DNA of 32,162 bases from Desulfurococcaceae archaeon. GTDB lineage: Archaea; Thermoproteota; Thermoprotei_A; Sulfolobales; Desulfurococcaceae. Position numbers and translations under genes: made by a program. Shown here piece after piece: positions 27,081 to 32,162 of the stretch. The notes under the pieces were generated by a model. The model was given only the letters and a program-made list of their open reading frames with translations, was not told where the DNA came from and ran no database searches. The first letter of the stretch is position 1. Each line of letters opens with the position of its first letter. The stretch covers positions 1-32,162 of the forward strand of contig JAWAJB010000007.1 in assembly GCA_038888155.1 (NCBI GenBank), read 5' to 3'.

Positions 27081-27899
27081 GTGGTGATTGTTGTGGGACC
27101 AGCAATAAAGACCTTCAATTTGACTAAGAGGTTTGGTAATCTTGTGGCAGTTGATCACATAAATATAGAGATAGCACAGGGTGAAATCTTTGGTTTGCTT
27201 GGTCCTAATGGTGCTGGCAAAACCACTACAATACATATGTTAGCTACTATTCTAAAGCCTACTGAGGGGACAGCTCTCGTGGGAGGATATGATGTAATAA
27301 GGGAGTCAAAGGCTGTCAGAGAGAAAATTGGCATCGTTTTTCAAGATGTCACAGTGGATAGGAATTTGACTGGGTACGAGAATCTCTGGGTTTATGGAAA
27401 GCTATATGGACTGGCAGGTGGTGTTCTTAAGGAGAGGATTTTTGATGCATTGAAATTCATGGGACTTGAGAAGTGGAAAGATGTTCCTGTGAGGAAATAC
27501 AGTGGTGGAATGATTAGAAGATTAGAGATAGCTAGGAGTTTGCTTAATGAGCCAGAAATACTCTTCCTAGATGAGCCAACACTCGGTCTTGATCCCCACA
27601 CCAGGGCTTATACGTGGGAGTTTATACGCAGGATAAAAAAGGAAAAGGATGTAACGATTCTTCTCACGACTCACTATTTGGAGGAGGCCGATGCTCTGTG
27701 CGATAGAATAGCGATTATTGACTTCGGCAAAATAATTGCTATTGGCACACCCGATGAGTTAAAGTGGTTGCCCGTGTCGCTTATTTGGGTTTGTTCAGGT
27801 ATTTTCGATTATCTTGGGTATATTCGACACGGGCTTCTCCCTCGTCACCTGCTCACCATTCGCAGGGTCATCGGGAGCTACATCGACGGGCACCACTAA
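27081..27899 (+). CDS. DrrA-type ABC transporter ATP-binding protein, C-terminally truncated and chimeric (native sequence ends about 27763)
   Basis: Walker A GPNGAGKT, signature YSGGM, Walker B ILFLDEPT, TTHY. After GTPDELK the frame reads into the antisense strand of a tnpB relic. Likely start GTG 27093. Confidence 0.88.
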   Translation: MVIVVGPAIKTFNLTKRFGNLVAVDHINIEIAQGEIFGLLGPNGAGKTTTIHMLATILKPTEGTALVGGYDVIRESKAVREKIGIVFQDVTVDRNLTGYENLWVYGKLYGLAGGVLKERIFDALKFMGLEKWKDVPVRKYSGGMIRRLEIARSLLNEPEILFLDEPTLGLDPHTRAYTWEFIRRIKKEKDVTILLTTHYLEEADALCDRIAIIDFGKIIAIGTPDELKWLPVSLIWVCSGIFDYLGYIRHGLLPRHLLTIRRVIGSYIDGHH

Positions 27900-28040
27900 G
27901 CCCGCCTCGAGGTATGCATATATCCTCCCGCCTCTGATGACTACCGCGCCGTCATTGAGGCGGGAGAAGAGGTTTAGGCAAGTATCTCTCCAAGCAACCT
28001 ACACCAATATAAAAAATCCTACAAAAACCTTTATAAACTT
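27764..28040 (-). mobile_element. tnpB: Internally deleted tnpB-type mini-element (promoter, last ~61 codons of tnpB, omegaRNA hairpin, right end)
   Basis: 27980-27795 encodes CLNLFSRLNDGAVVIRGG...VVPVDVAPDDP...REKPVSNIPKIIENT*, resembling the tail after the TnpB DxxAxxN motif. 10-bp IR GCCCGTGTCG/CGACACGGGC (27770-27779, 27825-27834); TTTATAAA at 28030-28037. Confidence 0.7.
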
Positions 28041-28105
28041 AATGCATCAAAACAGTTGTGAGCCCTATACCTTCTCCTAACCATCAGAAAGAATGTTGGG
28101 GTGTT

Positions 28106-28222
28106 TGAGATGTTCAGTAACTCAGCAACCTCACTAGTTCTATAGAGCTTTTCGGACACTACCTAGTACCTCTATTGATTCCAAGTATCTATAGTAGCTA
28201 AAACAGCTTAAAAACTTTTACG
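28106..28222 (-). pseudogene. tnpA: IS607-family transposase (tnpA) 5' fragment with upstream promoter/left-end region
   Basis: GTG at 28159 with GAGGT SD gives MSEKLYRTSEVAELLNIS, a MerR-like HTH start typical of IS607 serine transposases; similarity stops after 18 codons. Confidence 0.6.
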
Positions 28223-28230
28223 GAAGACAC

Positions 28231-28380
28231 AGTCCACTAACTTATGGTGTAGATCTTGTTAGGGGTCTTGCGCTTGGTATGTCAGTAATGGGTGTCCTAG
28301 TGGACCTAATAGCGCTTATAATGTTGATGATTTTGTTTGTGAGTATGGCTCTTATTGTATTTGAAAGGGCAACTCTATAG
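28231..28380 (+). pseudogene. 3' remnant of ABC-2 (DrrB-type) permease
   Basis: Manual translation SPLTYGVDLVRGLALGMSVMGVLVDLIALIMLMILFVSMALIVFERATL* matches the NPLTYxVDxxR...last-TM pattern of ABC-2 permeases; no start codon. Confidence 0.8.
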
Positions 28381-28480
28381 CTCAGTCTTTTTTCTTTGTG
28401 ACTTTGACACTTTTGGTAATCAGAGCTTCTGTATTTAAAGTCTATTTTTATTCTTCTTGCTAGCATATTGGTGATTTTCT

Positions 28481-29137
28481 ATGAAGCTGCTATATCATGG
28501 ACATGCTTGCTTCGAAATTCAGGGAACAGAGGAGCCCAAGTCTATAATTTTTGACCCATATGGAAGTGGCACAGGTGAAATTGAGCTCAAAGTTCATGCC
28601 GACCTAGCTTTATGCTCTCATGATCACTTTGACCATAACAATTGTAGTGTGGCAAAGAGCTGTCTTATAGGTGCAAAGGGTGAAAGAACTATTGGATCCG
28701 CGGTAATTAAAGGCGTAGAAGTGGCCCACGATCCAAGAGGTGGTAGTTTAAGAGGAAAGAATGTAATTTATGTCGTAAAATATGGCGGCAAAGTATTTGT
28801 ACACCTTGGGGATTTGGGTCACGTCCTCACAGAGGGGCAGGCTAAAGAGATCTTAAGTTTTGGTCGCCCAGACTTCCTATTCATACCAGTGGGTGGTGTG
28901 TACACAATTAATCCCAAGGAAGCACTGAATGTAATTGCACAACTTAACCCAAGGATTGCTGTTCCAATGCACTATAAACACAGAAAATTAAATCCGGGAG
29001 TTTTCGGCAAGCTAAGTACGATTGATGAATTCATAAAATTATGGAAGGGCGAGATCATAAGAGCAGGAAGCAATACTTGGGATATACCCGATAAATTACC
29101 AGAGGAGACAAAGGTTCTAGTCCTAGAATTCCCCTGA
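28481..29137 (+). CDS. MBL-fold metallo-hydrolase (UlaG/Lactamase_B_3-like)
   Basis: GHACF, DPY, SHDHFDH, HLGDLGH, IPVGG, PMHY motifs; GGTGA SD. Confidence 0.95.
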   Translation: MKLLYHGHACFEIQGTEEPKSIIFDPYGSGTGEIELKVHADLALCSHDHFDHNNCSVAKSCLIGAKGERTIGSAVIKGVEVAHDPRGGSLRGKNVIYVVKYGGKVFVHLGDLGHVLTEGQAKEILSFGRPDFLFIPVGGVYTINPKEALNVIAQLNPRIAVPMHYKHRKLNPGVFGKLSTIDEFIKLWKGEIIRAGSNTWDIPDKLPEETKVLVLEFP

Positions 29138-29146
29138 AGCTTGGGA

Positions 29147-29189
29147 TTACAACCGAAAGCCCCGCACTTTAGGACGGGGAGGAGGTCAG
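29147..29189 (+). mobile_element. IS200/IS605-type right-end relic (tnpB omegaRNA terminal hairpin)
   Basis: TTACAACCGAAAGCCCCGCACTTTAGGACGGGGAGGAGGTCAG resembles the GCCCCGCCCTTTAGGGCGGGGAGGAGGTCA ends of archaeal tnpB elements; second copy at 26381-26424. Confidence 0.7.
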
Positions 29190-30919
29190 TCCTTAACATC
29201 ATTTTTCTTGTTTTCTGTAGCATATTGAAGGAGTTGCTTTGTTATCGTTCTTGTTTCATGATACTTCAAGTGTGGCATTAGTCTTTCGATAATACGAGTT
29301 GCTACTTTGGGGTTAGTTTCAGCTATTGAACTTATCAATTTCTGGAACTTCTTTAAACCAACTCGTTCATCGATTTTTATAAGAGTTTCAATGATAATCT
29401 CGATAACATCTGCTTTTTTCTCCCAGTCATATCCCTCCACAAGTTCCTCAGCATACAAGAGAAGCTGCTTACTCCAGGTTGGCTGACCTTTATGTATTGC
29501 TGATGCTATGTTCGCTACCTCAAGGGCTCGTGTCAGTGGATTAGAGACTTTCTCTATGCTCCTCAACAAGTTTTTAATTAAGTCTACCACACTACTTGTG
29601 TTTAATAATGATAGACTTGGAAGTAGTTTAATTATCTGGCTTCTATTGAGCTTCTTAAGAGAGGGGAGTATGATGAAGTCATACTGCTCTCGAGTCTTCA
29701 TAGGAAAGTATTGTTGCAGCTCGGCGCATAGCTCTATGGCTTCTGAGTGTCTATTCTCGGCAATTAGCTCGCGCATTAACGTTGAAGATAGTTCGTAGGC
29801 TGTGGAGATATTGAGTCTAGTTAGGCTCTTTATTATATCAACTGAAGCTTCAACGCTCTGAGTAGAAACTCCAGCAACAGGACTATGATTTGAAGTAATT
29901 ATGGCAGATGCATAGAATGGATCCAAGTAAACAATAACACCTCTTGCTGCTGCTATAAGCCTGTAATAATCCGCCTTAGATATTCGTTTCTCTGTGTAAA
30001 TGCGGTGAACCCAATTTTCAATCCTAAGAATTCTTTCAACACTATCAATGACTAGATCACAATTCTCTAGAAATTGCCTACAGTGTTCAACCCAATTTCT
30101 TCTGGAGATTACTGAATAGAGCAGGGAATCAAGCAATTTGGATCCAAGAGTCAGATCCACTGAGAATATATAAGGTAGAGCTAAGGACAGGTACTTTATA
30201 TGATCTATAGCTGAACCGTTCTTGATCTCTAGACTTTCCCTTAGGCATTCAGTGGCAATCCTTTTTCCTTCTGCGTCATTAAGTGTCTTTGATATATGAT
30301 GTGCAAGCTTAACCAGGAGAACTGCCTTGCTAAGGTCTTCTCTGATTTGATTAATCTTTGCTTTAATTAGCATAAACGCATTGTCCGATTCATCAAAATC
30401 CTTCACTGCTATAGCTCTAGCAACATACATATAGCGCTCTAAGGAAGAAATGTCATTAACATTTTTGGTTAGCGAGCGGGAGAGATTATCACCGATGCGG
30501 GTTAATCCGCACGAATACAGGCCTTTAATTACTGCCATGTAAGCATAATTCTGTGCGTTAAGACTCGGTATTCTAGCAGCCTCATTAAATGCTCTAATGA
30601 GAATTTGTTTGCTGTCGCTAACAATATTGGCGACGCATGTATCATTTAAGCCCTTATCTATAGTATATGGAACGAAGAATGCAAAATCCCAACTCTTACT
30701 TCCTGACAGTACATTGAAGAATTTCCTCAGAACTGAAGCTAAAGTTTGATCACTGCTAATAGTACTTAGACTATCCACCAGTTTTATGGCAGTGGCGTCA
30801 CTGATCTTTCCATAGATTGATGTTTCCCTCTCTATGTGTTCTAGGTAGCTTCTGATCTCTGGACTCTGGTACAGAGTAAGACACCTAGCCCTTCTTACGT
30901 ATAACATTATGTTAAACAT
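29186..30919 (-). CDS. Hypothetical alpha-helical repeat (solenoid-like) protein (577 aa)
   Basis: Long ORF with recurring helix-turn-helix amphipathic pattern (e.g. SKAVLLVKLAHHIS, TRALEVANIASAI); start uncertain. Confidence 0.82.
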   Translation of the reverse strand: MFNIMLYVRRARCLTLYQSPEIRSYLEHIERETSIYGKISDATAIKLVDSLSTISSDQTLASVLRKFFNVLSGSKSWDFAFFVPYTIDKGLNDTCVANIVSDSKQILIRAFNEAARIPSLNAQNYAYMAVIKGLYSCGLTRIGDNLSRSLTKNVNDISSLERYMYVARAIAVKDFDESDNAFMLIKAKINQIREDLSKAVLLVKLAHHISKTLNDAEGKRIATECLRESLEIKNGSAIDHIKYLSLALPYIFSVDLTLGSKLLDSLLYSVISRRNWVEHCRQFLENCDLVIDSVERILRIENWVHRIYTEKRISKADYYRLIAAARGVIVYLDPFYASAIITSNHSPVAGVSTQSVEASVDIIKSLTRLNISTAYELSSTLMRELIAENRHSEAIELCAELQQYFPMKTREQYDFIILPSLKKLNRSQIIKLLPSLSLLNTSSVVDLIKNLLRSIEKVSNPLTRALEVANIASAIHKGQPTWSKQLLLYAEELVEGYDWEKKADVIEIIIETLIKIDERVGLKKFQKLISSIAETNPKVATRIIERLMPHLKYHETRTITKQLLQYATENKKNDVKD

Positions 30920-31062
30920 TGTTTAACATACATACTAACATACTTTGCATATAATATTGAATTTAATATTTTCGGTCTGTATTATGCTATTTTATCTGTA
31001 GATTAGCATATTATTTGATATAGTTAGCATTGATGCAGTTTTGATAAGTAGGTTGACGTAGA

Positions 31063-32136
31063 ATGTCCTATTTGACAACTAGAGTTGTTGCTGAAATTCT
31101 TCGTGAGCTATTAAACAGGGATTATAATGAGTTAAACGAGGAGTTTTACATCCGACTAACCCAGGACGATAGGCACACCATAGTAGTTAGTGAGACCAGT
31201 GAGCATATACTTGTGAAGAATTTTATTCCAGAAATCTCCAAAGCCTACCTAGAATATCTGACTGCTATCCTGGCCGAATATCCCGAGATTCGTGGAGATT
31301 TTGCAGATGACATACCAATACTGGCAGTTAGCAAAAGTTGCAGTCCTGATCGTCTTAGAGGTGCGCTAAGGTCAATATATGAAACATATGCATATGATAG
31401 ACCTACCGAAGCCTTCAGGCTGCTCGGCGGATTTGTCGTTAGATTTCTTGATATGAAATTTCAGGTGATTTCGGACGTGAAGAAAGTTGGAAGACTATTC
31501 TCTGATGCTTATATTTCGCTTCCAGATGAAAATGGATGGTTTCAATCAAATGTAGGTTTAAATAATATTTACCTCCCAATACTGAGTTGGAAGGCTAATG
31601 GTTCTGTGCTAACTTATGTACCTGATAGTGATGGTTCTCTTAGAGTGTTTAATGTAACGGAGTTCCTGGGGAAGATTCAAAAGTTGTTTGAAAGCGTCAG
31701 AATAAGCTTTAGGGTGAACAGTGAGGTTGAGTTATTCCAGCGGTTACATGAAGTCGAGGGAAGCATAGAGTTAGCTAAGACAATTATTCAGGGCGGGGCA
31801 ATACCATTCATACCTCCAACCTTAGAGTCTAAACCCGAATTAGTCAATATTCTCAAAGATATTGAGGCTGACCTTAGGCAGCTCAAAAAGGCAATAATTC
31901 TATCTGAGTTTATCGAACGAAGAGTTATATTAAGAGGCGTCGTGAAGTTGGCCTCTAAGGTACTCAAGGGTGAGAGCGGGGTTTTGTCTGCATCAGTAAG
32001 AAAAGTATCAAAGCTTGGAGCTGGATATGCAATCTACATAAGTAAAGAAGAGGCAAAAGTTTTGAAATTAACTGATAGTGTTGTCGTAAAAGTAGTTGCA
32101 GAGGAAGGTCAAAAACCAAAAATTGTGATTCAATGA
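31063..32136 (+). CDS. Hypothetical protein with C-terminal AbrB/MazE/SpoVT-like domain (357 aa)
   Basis: ATG with AGGT SD; C-terminus VRKVSKLGAGYAIYISKEEAKVLKLTDSVVVKV fits the swapped-hairpin consensus RKVxKxGxSxxIxIPKExAxxLxL. Confidence 0.8.
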   Translation: MSYLTTRVVAEILRELLNRDYNELNEEFYIRLTQDDRHTIVVSETSEHILVKNFIPEISKAYLEYLTAILAEYPEIRGDFADDIPILAVSKSCSPDRLRGALRSIYETYAYDRPTEAFRLLGGFVVRFLDMKFQVISDVKKVGRLFSDAYISLPDENGWFQSNVGLNNIYLPILSWKANGSVLTYVPDSDGSLRVFNVTEFLGKIQKLFESVRISFRVNSEVELFQRLHEVEGSIELAKTIIQGGAIPFIPPTLESKPELVNILKDIEADLRQLKKAIILSEFIERRVILRGVVKLASKVLKGESGVLSASVRKVSKLGAGYAIYISKEEAKVLKLTDSVVVKVVAEEGQKPKIVIQ

Positions 32137-32162
32137 ATTACTATCTGTTTTAGAGTTGATTA

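Noticed and set aside
27045-28080. ORFs 27045-27236, 27392-27601 and 27814-28080
   Set aside because: Antisense to the ABC ATPase or to the tnpB remnant.
27766-28223. Matching GG dinucleotides as IS607 crossover cores
   Set aside because: Homology with the 10683-10796 copy extends past this GG to CAC, and GG pairs are too common to define ends.
28242-28466. 74-aa minus-strand ORF
   Set aside because: Antisense to the ABC-2 permease remnant, which has a recognisable motif.
28972-29798. ORFs 28972-29223 and 29508-29798
   Set aside because: Antisense overlaps of the MBL hydrolase and the 577-aa gene.

Overview
Archaeal chromosomal window (GGTG/GGTGA ribosome-binding sites, TATA-box promoters, U-rich terminators). 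The surface-protein architectures suggest, by inference only, a thermophilic Asgard-like lineage. About 60% of the window encodes four very large secreted or surface proteins on the minus strand: an Ig-like repeat protein missing from the ORF track because it runs off the left edge (ten 270-bp repeats), a ~2090-aa subtilisin (S8) with an insertion in its catalytic domain and a long Ig-like stalk, a ~1310-aa beta-helix protein, and a ~1740-aa DUF2341/PPC/Ig membrane-anchored protein. Between them lie a 10-Cys halocin C8-like toxin domain (apparently a truncated precursor) with a small membrane-protein partner, MFS and EamA transporters, a PadR regulator facing a DrrAB-type ABC operon destroyed by IS607/tnpB-type debris, an MBL-fold hydrolase, two helical hypothetical proteins and a protein with a C-terminal AbrB-like domain. 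Four relics of tnpB 3' ends (omegaRNA/right-end regions, two families) occur in intergenic DNA, one still behind a TATA promoter. No rRNA, tRNA or CRISPR array was seen. All family assignments come from motif recognition by eye, not database searches.
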